Counted from the first letter of the stretch, positions 46,665 through 57,321 are shown. The stretch is 64,000 nt of DNA from Terricaulis sp. (GCA_040080225.1 JBEBIU010000001.1:4978-68977), one strand, 5' to 3'. Notes: a model not told the origin generated them from the sequence alone. A program made the numbers and translations.

Positions 46665-47110
46665 TGCGCATCCGCATAATTCCCGACCGGTTTTCGCCGG
46701 AGCAAGAGTTCGCCGCGTTTCTCGGCGCGTACCGCGAGGATGCTGGCGCCTGCGCGACCTTCACCGGCCTCTGCCGCGGGGGCGCGGTGCGCTGGCTCGA
46801 ACTCGAGCACTATCCCGGATTCACCGAGGCGCGCATCGCCGCCTGCGCCAACCAAATTGCGGGCGCCCTGCTCGATCTGCTCATCGTCCACCGCGTCGGC
46901 CGCGTCGCGCCCGGCGAAGCCATCGTGTTTGTCGCCGCGCTCGCTTCCCACCGCGCCGAAGCCTTCGCGGCGGTTGAGAGGCTGATGGATTATCTGAAAA
47001 CTGACGCGCCGTTCTGGAAGCGCGAAATGACTGACCTGGGTTCAACTTGGATCGAACCGACCCCACTGGATCTCCAACGCCGCGCGCGGCATGAGGAAAC
47101 GAGCACATGA
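46664..47110 (+). CDS. moaE: molybdopterin synthase catalytic subunit
   Basis: MRIRIIPDRFSPEQEFAAF...LELEHYPGFTEARI...VHRVGRVAPGEAIVFVAALASHRAEAF...DYLKTDAPFWKRE. Confidence 0.88.
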   Translation: MRIRIIPDRFSPEQEFAAFLGAYREDAGACATFTGLCRGGAVRWLELEHYPGFTEARIAACANQIAGALLDLLIVHRVGRVAPGEAIVFVAALASHRAEAFAAVERLMDYLKTDAPFWKREMTDLGSTWIEPTPLDLQRRARHEETST

Positions 47111-47658
47111 GCGACAATCCACCGGCGGGCGGACGCCTCAGCGACACGGCCTCGTTCACGCCTGTCCGCATCGCAATCCTCACCATCTCCGACACCCGCG
47201 ACGAAGAGAGCGACACCTCGGGCCGCTTGCTGGCCGATCGGATTGCGCGCGATGGCCACGTGCTGGCCGCGCGCGATTGGGTTAAGGACGATCCGTCCTC
47301 GATACGCGCTACGTTGCAAACATGGATTGCCGATGCGGGCATAGACGCGATCGTCACCACTGGCGGCACCGGCCTGACCGGCCGCGACGTCACGCCCGAG
47401 GCGGTGCGACCGCTATTCGACAAGGAGATCGAGGGCTTTCAAACCGTGTGGCACATGGTGTCCTATCAAAGTGTCGGCCTCTCGACCCTGCAATCGCGCG
47501 CCTGCGCCGGGTTGGCGCACGGGACTTTTATTTTTTGCCTGCCTGGCTCGAACGGCGCCTGCAAAGACGGCTGGGACAAGATCATCCGCTGGCAACTCGA
47601 TAGCCGCCACCTGCCGTGCAACATGATCGAACTGATGCCGCGCCTGATGGAGCGCTGA
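47107..47658 (+). CDS. moaB: molybdenum cofactor biosynthesis protein B (MoaB/Mog family)
   Basis: [20 protein letters not shown]...[18 protein letters not shown]...; ATGA overlap with moaE. Confidence 0.88.
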   Translation: MSDNPPAGGRLSDTASFTPVRIAILTISDTRDEESDTSGRLLADRIARDGHVLAARDWVKDDPSSIRATLQTWIADAGIDAIVTTGGTGLTGRDVTPEAVRPLFDKEIEGFQTVWHMVSYQSVGLSTLQSRACAGLAHGTFIFCLPGSNGACKDGWDKIIRWQLDSRHLPCNMIELMPRLMER

Positions 47659-47659
47659 G

Positions 47660-48142
47660 ATGGATTCCAAGCTGACTCATTTCGACGAACACGGACGCGC
47701 GCGCATGGTTGACGTATCGGCCAAGGCGGTCACCGCACGTGAGGCGGTTGCGGAGGCGCGCGTACGCATGCAGGAGCAGACGCTGACGCTGGCTTTGGCC
47801 GGGCGCGCCGAGAAAGGCGACGTGCGCGCAGTCGCAGAGATCGCCGGAATCATGGCTGCCAAACACACGGCGGAACTGATTCCGATGTGCCATCCGCTGC
47901 CGCTGACACATGTGGCGGTCGCCATCGAGCCCGATCCGGCGCTGCCTGGTTTTTACATTCGCGCGCTTGCGCGCACCAACGGCAAGACCGGAGTCGAAAT
48001 GGAGGCGCTGACGGCAGCGAGCATCGCAGCTTTGACCGTCTATGACATGCTGAAAAGCATCGACCGCGGGATGAGCATCGAGGATGTTCGCCTTACGCGA
48101 AAATCGGGCGGCGCTTCCGGCGACTACGAGCGGCCGACCTGA
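47660..48142 (+). CDS. moaC: cyclic pyranopterin monophosphate synthase
   Basis: [18 protein letters not shown]..., [30 protein letters not shown]. Confidence 0.93.
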   Translation: MDSKLTHFDEHGRARMVDVSAKAVTAREAVAEARVRMQEQTLTLALAGRAEKGDVRAVAEIAGIMAAKHTAELIPMCHPLPLTHVAVAIEPDPALPGFYIRALARTNGKTGVEMEALTAASIAALTVYDMLKSIDRGMSIEDVRLTRKSGGASGDYERPT

Positions 48143-49320
48143 TGCTGAGTGTCACCGAAGCGCGCGCTGCGATGTTGGGCTGCGTCGATGCGCTCGCTGG
48201 CGAGGACGTCGCGCTCGAGCACTGCCTTGGCCGGGTTCTCGCCACCCCCTTGGTCGCGGCGCGCGATCAGCCGCCGTTCATAGCCTCCGCCATGGACGGG
48301 TATGCACTGGCGCAACCGAAGCAAGGCGCGCCCTATGTCCTCGTCGGCGAGGCCGCGGCCGGGCGCGCGTTTGAGCGCGCGCTCGCGCCTGGCGAAGCAA
48401 TTCGCATTTCCACCGGCGCTCCGGCGCCAGAAGGGACGGTCAGCATTCTCATCCAGGAGGAGGCGAGCTTCGAGGATGGGCGCCTGCTCCGCGCGCAAAC
48501 CAATCCCGGCCGCCACCTGCGTCCTCGCGCTGGAGACTTCGCGGCCGGCGCCACCTTGTTGGAGCGCGGTCGCCTGCTCGATCCTATCGCGATGGCGCTC
48601 GCTGCGAGTTCCGGAACCGCGACGCTGAACGTCATCAAGCGCCCACGTGCAATCGCATTCGCCGGCGGAGACGAAATCATGGCGCCTGGCGTGACCGTAC
48701 GAGACGACCAGGTCTATGAATCCGGTTCGTTTGCGGTTTGCGGACTGGGGGAGCGTTGGGGTGCACATGCGACACGCGGCGTTTCGCTTGCTGACACCGA
48801 GGACGCTATCGCGAGAGCCGTGGAGGACGCATGGCCCAAATGCGACTTGCTCATCCTGATAGGCGGCGCATCGGTAGGGCCACACGATCACACCCGCAGT
48901 GCGCTAGCCCGATTGGGCGCGCGAGTGGTTGTCGATAAAGTGGCGGTGCAGCCGGGAAAGCCGACCTGGTTCGCTGTGACGCCGGAAGGCTGCGTACTCG
49001 GCCTACCCGGCAACCCCGCTTCCGCGATCGTCTGCGCGTATCTGTTCGCGCGTCCGCTTATCGAGGCGATGTTAGGCCGCGATCCGATGGCCTGCGTGCG
49101 TCCCGCTACAGCGCCATTGGGGAGTCCGCTTGGCAAAAACGGCGCACGCGAAACCTATCTGCGCGCCCGCATCGGCGAAGACGGCCGGCTCACTCCGTTC
49201 GAGAACCAGGATTCCTCGCTGCTGACCGTGTTTGCCCGCGCCAACGCACTAACGATCCGCGCCCCCTTCGCCGAACCGAGCGCCGCCGGAGACCTCGCGT
49301 CCTATTTGCCCCTCGCCTAA
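48142..49320 (+). CDS. moeA: molybdopterin molybdotransferase
   Basis: [12 protein letters not shown]..., PPFIASAMDGYA, ISTGAPAPEG, LILIGGASVGPHD, VAVQPGKP motifs. Confidence 0.9.
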   Translation: MLSVTEARAAMLGCVDALAGEDVALEHCLGRVLATPLVAARDQPPFIASAMDGYALAQPKQGAPYVLVGEAAAGRAFERALAPGEAIRISTGAPAPEGTVSILIQEEASFEDGRLLRAQTNPGRHLRPRAGDFAAGATLLERGRLLDPIAMALAASSGTATLNVIKRPRAIAFAGGDEIMAPGVTVRDDQVYESGSFAVCGLGERWGAHATRGVSLADTEDAIARAVEDAWPKCDLLILIGGASVGPHDHTRSALARLGARVVVDKVAVQPGKPTWFAVTPEGCVLGLPGNPASAIVCAYLFARPLIEAMLGRDPMACVRPATAPLGSPLGKNGARETYLRARIGEDGRLTPFENQDSSLLTVFARANALTIRAPFAEPSAAGDLASYLPLA

Positions 49321-49339
49321 GCTTGGCTGGAGCCCTGAA

Positions 49340-50935
49340 TCACTCCCACTCGATTGTTCCTGGCGGCTTGCTGGTGACATCGTACACTACGCGGTTGACG
49401 CCCTTTACTTCGTTGATGATCCGCGTTGCGGCGCGGGCGAGGAAATCCATCGGGAACGGGAAAAAATCGGCGGTCATGCCGTCTGTGGAGGTCACCGCGC
49501 GCAATGCGCACACATACTCGTAGGTGCGACCGTCACCCATGACGCCGACCGTGCGCACCGGCAACAACACGGCGAACGCCTGCCAAATTTTGTCGTACAA
49601 GCCAGCCTTGCGTATTTCATCGAGATAGACCGCATCGGCCTGGCGCAAAATGTCGAGCTTCTCGCGCGTGATCGCGCCCGGCACGCGGATGGCAAGGCCA
49701 GGCCCGGGAAACGGATGGCGCCCAACGAACGCTTCGGGCAGCCCAAGCGCGCGCCCGAGCGCGCGCACTTCGTCCTTGAACAGATCGCGCAAGGGCTCGA
49801 CCAGTTTCATGTTCATGCGCTCGGGCAAGCCGCCCACATTGTGATGCGACTTTATGGTCACCGAAGGCCCGCCGATGGCGGACACGCTCTCGATCACGTC
49901 GGGATAGAGTGTGCCTTGGGCGAGGAAATCGGCGCCGCCGATGGCGCGCGCTTTTTCCTCGAACACGTCGATAAAAAGCTTGCCGATGGTTTTGCGCTTG
50001 ATCTCCGGATCGTCGATGCCTGCCAGCGCGGAGAGAAAGCGCTCGCTTTCCTCGGCGTGGATGAGCGGAATGTTGTAATGGTCGCGGAACAAGCTCACCA
50101 CTTGCTTGGCTTCGTCCTGACGCATGAGGCCGTGATCGACGAACACGCAATGCAGCCGATCGCCGATGGCCTCGTGGATCAGCACCGCCGCGACGCTTGA
50201 ATCGACGCCGCCCGACAGCCCGCAGATCACGCGCCCCTTGCCGACCTGGGCGCGGATGCGGGCGATGGCCTCGTCCTTGAACGCGGCCATGCTCCAATCG
50301 CCCTTGAGGCCGGCGATGCGGTGGGTGAAATTCCGCAAGAGTTTGCCGCCGTCGGGCGTGTGCACGACTTCGGGGTGGAACATGGTCGTGTAGAAGCGCC
50401 GCTCCTCGTCGATGGCGATGGCGAAGGGCGCGTTCTCGCTGGTTGCGATCGCTTCGAAGCCGGGCGCGAGTCTAGTGACACGGTCGCCATGGCTCATCCA
50501 CACAGGGTATCTGCCGCCCACTTCCCACACGCCCTCGAACAGCGGGCTTGCACGCTTGATCTCGACATCGGCGCGGCCGAACTCGCGCGCGTGGCCGCCT
50601 TCGACCACGCCCCCCAATTGCACGCTCATGGCTTGCTGCCCATAGCAGATCGCCAGGATCGGCACGCCAAGCTCGAACGCTGCGTCAGGTGCGCGGGGAC
50701 TGGGATCGTCGGTGACGCTGCACGGCCCGCCGGAAAGAACCAGCGCCTTCGGCGCGAACGCTTCGAGGAATGCTGCGTCCACTTTGTTGTACGGATGGAT
50801 CTCGCAATACACCCCGCTCTCACGGACGCGGCGGGCGATGAGCTGGGTTACCTGGCTGCCGAAATCAATTATCAGCACGCGTTCATGCGCCGTCCTGGCG
50901 GCGGCTTCGGGCGGCTCAACTCTACTCTGGGACAT
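49340..50935 (-). CDS. guaA: glutamine-hydrolysing GMP synthase
   Basis: [38 protein letters not shown]-terminal ...[10 protein letters not shown]. Start at [10 protein letters not shown] (ATG 50935). Confidence 0.95.
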   Translation of the reverse strand: MSQSRVEPPEAAARTAHERVLIIDFGSQVTQLIARRVRESGVYCEIHPYNKVDAAFLEAFAPKALVLSGGPCSVTDDPSPRAPDAAFELGVPILAICYGQQAMSVQLGGVVEGGHAREFGRADVEIKRASPLFEGVWEVGGRYPVWMSHGDRVTRLAPGFEAIATSENAPFAIAIDEERRFYTTMFHPEVVHTPDGGKLLRNFTHRIAGLKGDWSMAAFKDEAIARIRAQVGKGRVICGLSGGVDSSVAAVLIHEAIGDRLHCVFVDHGLMRQDEAKQVVSLFRDHYNIPLIHAEESERFLSALAGIDDPEIKRKTIGKLFIDVFEEKARAIGGADFLAQGTLYPDVIESVSAIGGPSVTIKSHHNVGGLPERMNMKLVEPLRDLFKDEVRALGRALGLPEAFVGRHPFPGPGLAIRVPGAITREKLDILRQADAVYLDEIRKAGLYDKIWQAFAVLLPVRTVGVMGDGRTYEYVCALRAVTSTDGMTADFFPFPMDFLARAATRIINEVKGVNRVVYDVTSKPPGTIEWE

Positions 50936-51041
50936 GACCTGAAATGGAGCGCGCCGCACGGCGCGTCAATGCCCCCACCTCGTCCATGCCCAGAACACCG
51001 CCACAGCTCCGCTGCGCCCCATCCAAATCCCAACCCAGACT

Positions 51042-51782
51042 CTAACGCGCGCGCGCAACCGCATGCAGCGCGCAGCCGTGTTGGTGCAGCCATTCTCGTC
51101 CGCGCTCGAAATCGGGCATGCATTGGCGCACAAGCACCCAGAAGCGGCGCGAGTGGTTCATCTCTTTCAGGTGCGCGACTTCGTGAGCCGCCAAGTATTC
51201 CAGCACGTGCGGCGGCGCCAACACGATGCGCCAGGAGAAGGAAAGTACGCCGTCCGCCGAACATGACCCCCAACGCGAACGCAGCTCCTTTACTTGAAGG
51301 CGCGCGGCGCGCACCCCCAAGACCGCCGCATGGCGCGCGACGGCTGCGTGCAGATCGGCGCGCGCCTCCTCCTTGAAAAAACGCAGCAACCGCGACTCAA
51401 ACAGGGCCAGGTCGGGCGCTGGCGCCACCAGGCGCGGATGCGGCGCGCCCGCCCCGATCCGAGCGGGGGTCCGCCCGTATTCGTAGACCAACTCATGCAA
51501 CACGCCGCGCAATGGCGCCAGGGCCCCAGGCGCGAGCAAGACCCCCTGCGGCAGACGCTCCAATTCATGCGCGATCCAGCCCGCCCGCTCCGCCGCGAAG
51601 CGGACCGCCAGCTTCAGCTGCCGCGACGACGGCGCGGTTGCGATCGCTTCACGACGCGTCGGATCAATGCGCACCGAGACCCTACGCGCGCGTGGGTTCA
51701 CGACAAGCTTTAGCGCGACGCGGCGCCCGTCGATCGTTTCGATCTCGGTTTGAGCTGGGGCGACTCGCGAATCGAAGCGCAT
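51042..51782 (-). CDS. YgjP-like (DUF45) / M48-family metal-dependent hydrolase
   Basis: HEVAHLKEMNHSRRFW (HExxH). ATG at 51782 preferred over TTG at 51788. Confidence 0.8.
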   Translation of the reverse strand: MRFDSRVAPAQTEIETIDGRRVALKLVVNPRARRVSVRIDPTRREAIATAPSSRQLKLAVRFAAERAGWIAHELERLPQGVLLAPGALAPLRGVLHELVYEYGRTPARIGAGAPHPRLVAPAPDLALFESRLLRFFKEEARADLHAAVARHAAVLGVRAARLQVKELRSRWGSCSADGVLSFSWRIVLAPPHVLEYLAAHEVAHLKEMNHSRRFWVLVRQCMPDFERGREWLHQHGCALHAVARAR

Positions 51783-51854
51783 GCGCAAAGAGTCTCACGA
51801 GGTGCGTTAACCCCTCAAGCCTCAACCTGCCTTCAACTGCTGAAGTCCGATAGC

Positions 51855-53147
51855 TCAACTCTGCGACACTAGGCGCAGCGAACGACGTCCGCTCCGCGCC
51901 GAAATCGACCGAAAATCGCGGATGAATTGGCGCATGCGCGGATAGATTTCCGTGCGGAACCGCTTGCCGTTGAACACGCCATAATGGCCAACGCCGGCCT
52001 GCACATAATCCTGGCGCATGGCCTCGGGAATATTGACGCACAGGTCGTGCGCGGCCTGGGTCTGGCCGATGCCGGAGATGTCGTCGAGTTCGCCTTCGAC
52101 GGTCAAGAGTGCGGTGGCGGTGATCGCTCTTGGATCGACGCGAACGTCATGGTGGACCAGCTCTCCGCGCGCCAGCGTATGTTCCTGGAACACTTCGCGC
52201 AGCGTCTCGATGTAGAATTCCTCGCTCAGATCCATGACGGAAAGATATTCGTCGTAAAAGTCCCGATGCCTTTGCGCACTATCGCCGTCACCTACGATTA
52301 AGTGCTGAAAATAATCGTTATGGGCATCGACATGGCGCGACAGGTTCATCCCCATAAAACTTGCGAGCTGTACAAAACCCGGATAAACCCGGCGAAACGC
52401 GCCCGGGTAGAACGCCGGGACGGTGTGGATCATGTTCTCGCGGAACCATTCGATCGAACGCTGTTCGGCGAGCAGATTTGGCGCGGTCGGCGAGCGGCGC
52501 GCATCGATGGGCGAGCCCATGAACATCATCGTCGCGGGCGTACAGGGATCGCCTTCCTGCGCCAACATCGAGATTGCGGCGAGCACTGGGGGCCCAGGCT
52601 GGCACACCGCGATGACATGAATGTCCGGACCCAGCGCACGGATCATGCCCATCACATGGTCGATGTAATCATGATAACCGAAACGGCCATGAACGATCGG
52701 CGTCAAGCGCGCATCGATCCAATCTGTGACATAAACTTCCTGTTCGGGCAGGAACGCCTCCACGGTTCCCCGCAGCAAGGTGGCGTGGTGCCCTGACATC
52801 GGCGCAACCAGCAGCACGCTGGGATCGCTACGGGCGCCACGCGCGCGTTTGAGCGCCTCCGCGTCGCGCTCGAAATGCACCAGATTGCACCATGGCGAAG
52901 ACCAGACCGTCTTCGGCGTAACCGAGACCGACACGCCGTCAACATCGGTCTCGGGCAAGTTCCAGGCTGGCTTACCGTAGCGACGCGTTACAGATTCAAA
53001 CAGGTCGGAAGCCGCCGCCGCCCGGCGCGACAATTCGGTATCGACCGCCGGATTGAACGGGGAGCGCAGCAAACTTGCCTGCATCATCGCGGCGATGCGC
53101 AACGGCGCCACCGAGAGGTGGCCCAATTCATACATTGAATACAGCAT
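51855..53147 (-). CDS. phaZ: intracellular polyhydroxyalkanoate depolymerase
   Basis: MLYSMYELGHLSVAPLRIAA... N-terminus and overall ~430-aa alpha/beta-hydrolase pattern (VIAVCQPGPPVLAA), as in PhaZ. Confidence 0.85.
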   Translation of the reverse strand: MLYSMYELGHLSVAPLRIAAMMQASLLRSPFNPAVDTELSRRAAAASDLFESVTRRYGKPAWNLPETDVDGVSVSVTPKTVWSSPWCNLVHFERDAEALKRARGARSDPSVLLVAPMSGHHATLLRGTVEAFLPEQEVYVTDWIDARLTPIVHGRFGYHDYIDHVMGMIRALGPDIHVIAVCQPGPPVLAAISMLAQEGDPCTPATMMFMGSPIDARRSPTAPNLLAEQRSIEWFRENMIHTVPAFYPGAFRRVYPGFVQLASFMGMNLSRHVDAHNDYFQHLIVGDGDSAQRHRDFYDEYLSVMDLSEEFYIETLREVFQEHTLARGELVHHDVRVDPRAITATALLTVEGELDDISGIGQTQAAHDLCVNIPEAMRQDYVQAGVGHYGVFNGKRFRTEIYPRMRQFIRDFRSISARSGRRSLRLVSQS

Positions 53148-53293
53148 GCACTACTTTCGCGCCGCCTAGCGGCTTTCCCCCAGATGATGCGCCCGCCGCG
53201 TTGCCAACAAGCTAAGGCGCTCGAAAGGCGAATACCCGTCACCCCTCGGGAACTGTAATATTGGTTACTGGATGGCGCTGGCAAGCGGTCTGT

Positions 53294-53989
53294 TCAGGCT
53301 GGCCCGCCCAGGCCCGCGCGGATGCACGCGGCCACATCCTCGGCGGGGGCGCTGATGAGCGGGCTGACCGGGTTTTGTTCGTCCGAGCGCACAACCGTCG
53401 GCATTATCGCCACGGTCCGCCACTGAGGGTTGAGGACATAGATCAGAGAGGAATGATCGATCGTGGACGAGGCCATGTCGCCGCCGCTGCGAGCGCTGAA
53501 TACCTGGAAGGCAGCCTTCGCCGCCTCGATCTCGGCCCGCGACCCGGTGAGTGCGGTAAGCCCGGGCGGGAATCCCGCGGTCGTTACATAATCGCGCAAT
53601 AGCGCCGGGGTGTCGCGTTCGGGGTCCAGCGTGATCAAAACCGTGCGTACGTCGCTGCCCCCTGGCGTGGTGAGCGCCTCATTCAGCAGATTCATCGTTA
53701 TCGGGCATGCGTCGGGACAACGCGTAAAACCGAAATAGACCACCACCGGCTCGCCCGCGAAATCGGCCTGCGTCACCCGGACACCGTTCTGGTCGCTCAA
53801 CCGGATCGCCCCCCCCACAGCGGCCGCGTTTTCTCCCAGGATGCAGTTTGGGATCGCGGAAGTGGGAGGCTGTTCCTGGCCCTGTCCCACCAGAAATAAC
53901 ACGCTCAACCCAGCCAGCGCCGCCGCGAACAGCGCGGGGATCGCCGCCATGGTCAAATCTCGGCGCGGTTTCTCTGCGGGTGCGGACAT
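53294..53989 (-). CDS. senC: SCO1/SenC family copper chaperone
   Basis: FGFTRCPDACP thioredoxin-like CxxxC motif plus an N-terminal anchor. Confidence 0.88.
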   Translation of the reverse strand: MSAPAEKPRRDLTMAAIPALFAAALAGLSVLFLVGQGQEQPPTSAIPNCILGENAAAVGGAIRLSDQNGVRVTQADFAGEPVVVYFGFTRCPDACPITMNLLNEALTTPGGSDVRTVLITLDPERDTPALLRDYVTTAGFPPGLTALTGSRAEIEAAKAAFQVFSARSGGDMASSTIDHSSLIYVLNPQWRTVAIMPTVVRSDEQNPVSPLISAPAEDVAACIRAGLGGPA

Positions 53990-54112
53990 GTGGGCCGACG
54001 CTAGGCCGAGAGCGCCGAGGCGATCAACGCGGCCAGAGCGCGCACCGGAGGACGGAAGTTTGTCCAGGCGAACTCTTGAGCGGGCCCACGCGCTCTGGCT
54101 TGTGCTTCATCC

Positions 54113-54877
54113 ATGCGCCGACGCCGAATCTTCTGCCTGCTAGTCCTGCTTCTCGCCGGCGTTTGCGCCAGCGGCTGCGCCCCCAAGCGCCGCAACAGCG
54201 CTGCCGAAATCTGCCAGGAGCAGAGCTTCGAAGGCGATGGGTTTGTGGTCTGCGCATATGACTCGCGTGTGCACGAATTGCGACTTGCCTCGCGTTGGCG
54301 GGGCCGGCGCTTGCGTTCCCTCGCTGAGCTGGCGCAAATGACGGCGCCGGAGGCGGGACGTGTTCGCTTTGGTATGAACGCTGGCATGTTCAACGACGCG
54401 GGCGAACCCATCGGCCTGTATGTGGAGCGAGGCGACCGCCAACAAAAACTGAGCACGTCAAGTGGACCAGGGAATTTCCACATGTTGCCAAACGGAGTGT
54501 TCTCCGAGGACCGCGTTGGCGTGCTTCGCATCGAGACTTCGCAATCCTTCGCCGCGCGCGCCGCAAGCCCGTACTGGGCCACGCAATCGGGACCGATGCT
54601 TGTGATCGACGACGCGCTGCACCCGAATTTCGGCGTCAACGGCGAGTCGCGCGTGCTGCGCAACGGCGTCGGCGTACGCAGCGACCATCTCGCCTATTTC
54701 GTCATCAGCGCCGGACCGGTGTCGCTCGGCCGCTTCGCCCGCTTTTTTCGCGACCATCTGCACTGCCCGAATGCATTGTTCCTGGACGGCGCGGTTTCGA
54801 GCTTATGGGCGCCCTCGCTGAAACGCAGGGACGCAGGCCACGCGTTGGGGCCAATGCTGGTGGTGCTCGATGGCTAA
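54113..54877 (+). CDS. phosphodiester glycosidase (DUF2233) family protein
   Basis: Signal/lipoprotein-like N-terminus (LLLAGVCASGCAP). MNAGMFNDAGEPIGLYVERG, NFHMLPNGVF, TQSGPMLV and RNGVGV blocks recalled from this family. Confidence 0.6.
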   Translation: MRRRRIFCLLVLLLAGVCASGCAPKRRNSAAEICQEQSFEGDGFVVCAYDSRVHELRLASRWRGRRLRSLAELAQMTAPEAGRVRFGMNAGMFNDAGEPIGLYVERGDRQQKLSTSSGPGNFHMLPNGVFSEDRVGVLRIETSQSFAARAASPYWATQSGPMLVIDDALHPNFGVNGESRVLRNGVGVRSDHLAYFVISAGPVSLGRFARFFRDHLHCPNALFLDGAVSSLWAPSLKRRDAGHALGPMLVVLDG

Positions 54878-56159
54878 TTCCACGCCCGGTTTCTGGAGCG
54901 CGCGCAGCCGCGTACGCGTTCGCACCCTTATCCTTCTGCGCTGGCTCGCCATCCTCGGCCAAAGCGCAGCCGTGCTGTTCGTGCGTTTCGGCCTCAACGT
55001 CGAGTTTCCGCTCGCACTGGCTATCGCCACGATTGGCGTCTCTGCGGCGCTCAATCTCACCCTGCACGCCAAACGCCGTTTGCAGGATTTGGCCGCCGAA
55101 GGCGAAGCGGCGCTGCAATTGGCTTATGACGTGGTGCAGCTTGCGGTTCTGCTGGCGCTGACAGGTGGGCTGCAGAACCCTTTCGTATTCCTATTTGTTG
55201 CTCCCGTGGCGGTCTCGGCGACGATCTTGCGCCCCACGGTTACGGCGATGCTGGCGACGCTCACCTTCCTTTGCGTCGGAGCGATTTCGGTGTGGCGCTT
55301 GCCGCTGCCTTGGCCAGCGGGGGCCGCATTCGAGATACCGCAAATGTACGAACTCGGCATCGCGACGGCGGTGCTGGTGGGACTTGCCTTCACCAGCGTC
55401 TACGCGTGGCGGGTGGCGGCGGAAGAAGAACGGCTCAATATCGCGCTGTCAGCGGTGCAGGCGGTGCTTGGGCGCGAGCAGACTTTGTCGGCGTTAGGCG
55501 GTTTGGCCGCGGCCGCAGCCCACGAATTGGGCACTCCGCTCGCCACCATACACCTTGCCGCCAAGGAAATGGTGCGGGAACTGAAGCCAGACGACCCCCG
55601 TGCCGAGGATCTCCAGCTTCTCGTCGCCCAGAGCGAGCGTTGCCGCGCCATCCTCGCGCAGCTCTCGGCCCGTCGCGAGCAAGGCGACGTTATGATTGCG
55701 CGTGCGCCTATCCGCGCGCTGCTGGAGGAGATTGTCGCGCCGCACCTCGGTCTCGGCGCGGACATTGCAATTCTCACGGAAGGCGCGGGCGCCCTCGATG
55801 TGCGGCGGATGCCGGAAATTGTGCATGCGCTCGGCGGTATCGTCGAGAACGCTGTCGGGTTTGCGTACGCGCGCGTCGAAGTCGAGGCCAAATGGAATGC
55901 CGACAATGTCGAGATCGTCGTCCGCGACGACGGCCCAGGGTTCGCTCCTGGCGTGCTCAGCCGGCTGGGCGAGCCCTATTTGACCGAGCGCGACGAAGAG
56001 GGAGCGGCTGGCGGATTGGGTCTGGGTTTCTTCATCGCCAAAACGCTGCTGGAGCGCACCGGCGCGAAGCTCGATGTGCGCAATCGCAAGCCACCGCTCA
56101 CCGGCGCCATCGTCGCCGTTCGCTGGCCGCGAAGTGCGGTGGAGGCGCCCGCGCTTTGA
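54870..56159 (+). CDS. regB: redox-sensing histidine kinase RegB/PrrB/ActS
   Basis: Six-TM N-terminus with the quinone-site heptapeptide GGLQNPF, H-box AAAHELGTPL, and the redox Cys in SERCRAIL. Confidence 0.88.
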   Translation: MANSTPGFWSARSRVRVRTLILLRWLAILGQSAAVLFVRFGLNVEFPLALAIATIGVSAALNLTLHAKRRLQDLAAEGEAALQLAYDVVQLAVLLALTGGLQNPFVFLFVAPVAVSATILRPTVTAMLATLTFLCVGAISVWRLPLPWPAGAAFEIPQMYELGIATAVLVGLAFTSVYAWRVAAEEERLNIALSAVQAVLGREQTLSALGGLAAAAAHELGTPLATIHLAAKEMVRELKPDDPRAEDLQLLVAQSERCRAILAQLSARREQGDVMIARAPIRALLEEIVAPHLGLGADIAILTEGAGALDVRRMPEIVHALGGIVENAVGFAYARVEVEAKWNADNVEIVVRDDGPGFAPGVLSRLGEPYLTERDEEGAAGGLGLGFFIAKTLLERTGAKLDVRNRKPPLTGAIVAVRWPRSAVEAPAL

Positions 56160-56213
56160 GGGGAATTTGGCTTCCGCGCGAAACGCGCTAAGTAGGCCCC
56201 TCAAGGAGCGCCA

Positions 56214-56762
56214 ATGACCCCCGCGCCGCCAGCCGATGGCGACAATTCCCTCATGATCCTCGACGACGATGCAGCGTTTCGCACCCGTTTGGCGCGAGCC
56301 CTGGAAGGGCGCGGCTTTGCCGTGAACGCGGTGGGCACCGTTGCCGAAGCGAGCGACATCGCCGCCAAAACGCCTCCCGCTTATGCGGTGCTGGATTTAC
56401 GGTTGGAAGACGGCTCTGGGCTCTCGGTGGTCGAGGCGCTCTCCAAGCATCGCGCCGATTGCCGCGTGGTGATGCTTACCGGCTACGGCGCCATCGCCAC
56501 CGCGGTGGCGGCGGTTAAGGCCGGCGCCATCGATTATCTCTCCAAGCCCGCCGATCCCGAGGACATCGTCAAGGCGCTGCTCGCTTCGCCCGATGATCGC
56601 CCCGAACCGCCGGATAATCCCATGAGTGCGGACCGCATCCGCTGGGAACACATCCAGCGCGTCTACGAACTCTGCGGCCACAACGTCAGCGAAACCGCGC
56701 GCCGGCTGAACATGCACCGGCGCACGCTGCAGCGGATCTTGGCGAAACGCGCGCCGCGTTAG
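56214..56762 (+). CDS. regA: response regulator RegA/PrrA/ActR
   Basis: REC domain (LMILDDD..., VLDLRLEDGSG) and the near-invariant C-terminal HTH HNVSETARRLNMHRRTLQRILAKRAP. Confidence 0.92.
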   Translation: MTPAPPADGDNSLMILDDDAAFRTRLARALEGRGFAVNAVGTVAEASDIAAKTPPAYAVLDLRLEDGSGLSVVEALSKHRADCRVVMLTGYGAIATAVAAVKAGAIDYLSKPADPEDIVKALLASPDDRPEPPDNPMSADRIRWEHIQRVYELCGHNVSETARRLNMHRRTLQRILAKRAPR

Positions 56763-56826
56763 GCGGCGGATGGGATAGCAACGGTGAGCACGCCCAGGAA
56801 CGATATCTCCGTGCGGTGAGGGCAGC

Positions 56827-57321
56827 ATGATCAAGTGGTTTGCCAAAGCCAACGACAACGTGATCTCGCATTGCAAGTGCGAGAATGCCTTGGCCGCAAC
56901 GAATGGTCAGCTGGATTGTCCGTGGTGCGGCTGCGGCTGGATGATCTCATGCATTGAATGCCGAAAGGGCTTTATCTTTGCGCGCATCGTCGAGATCGAC
57001 TCCACATACGAAGCCGTCTTGACCACGGACGCTCGCAACCGAGGTCTGAAAACCGTGACGGCCGCAGCAATCGCCGACTACGCAGCCTGGATGCGTGACG
57101 CCCTCGCACCGTTTCCTCTCGGCGCAACCATCGTCTATTTGGACGGTGATTATTTTCAGGCTGATGCGACCAACATCGAGTTCGAGGGCCTTTACGCACG
57201 CCATGCCCTCGACCGCCTACCGCACGCAATCTCGCTCGAACAACCCGATTACCTCCGTGATGTATTGGGCGATCCGAACTATTGGTACCAACGCAAACGG
57301 CCCGACCGAAACATCGACTAG
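56827..57321 (+). CDS. hypothetical protein with an N-terminal Cys-rich (zinc-ribbon-like) segment
   Basis: HCKCENALAATNGQLDCPWCGCGWMISCIECRKGF (7 Cys + 1 His in 35 aa). Visibly lower GC than its surroundings. No family recognised. Confidence 0.6.
   Translation: MIKWFAKANDNVISHCKCENALAATNGQLDCPWCGCGWMISCIECRKGFIFARIVEIDSTYEAVLTTDARNRGLKTVTAAAIADYAAWMRDALAPFPLGATIVYLDGDYFQADATNIEFEGLYARHALDRLPHAISLEQPDYLRDVLGDPNYWYQRKRPDRNID

Noticed and set aside
56842-56859. AKANDN peptide string resembling an alphaproteobacterial tmRNA tag start (ANDN...)
   Set aside because: It lies inside a normal ORF. There is no tRNA-like acceptor/T-arm sequence nearby and no resume-codon context.
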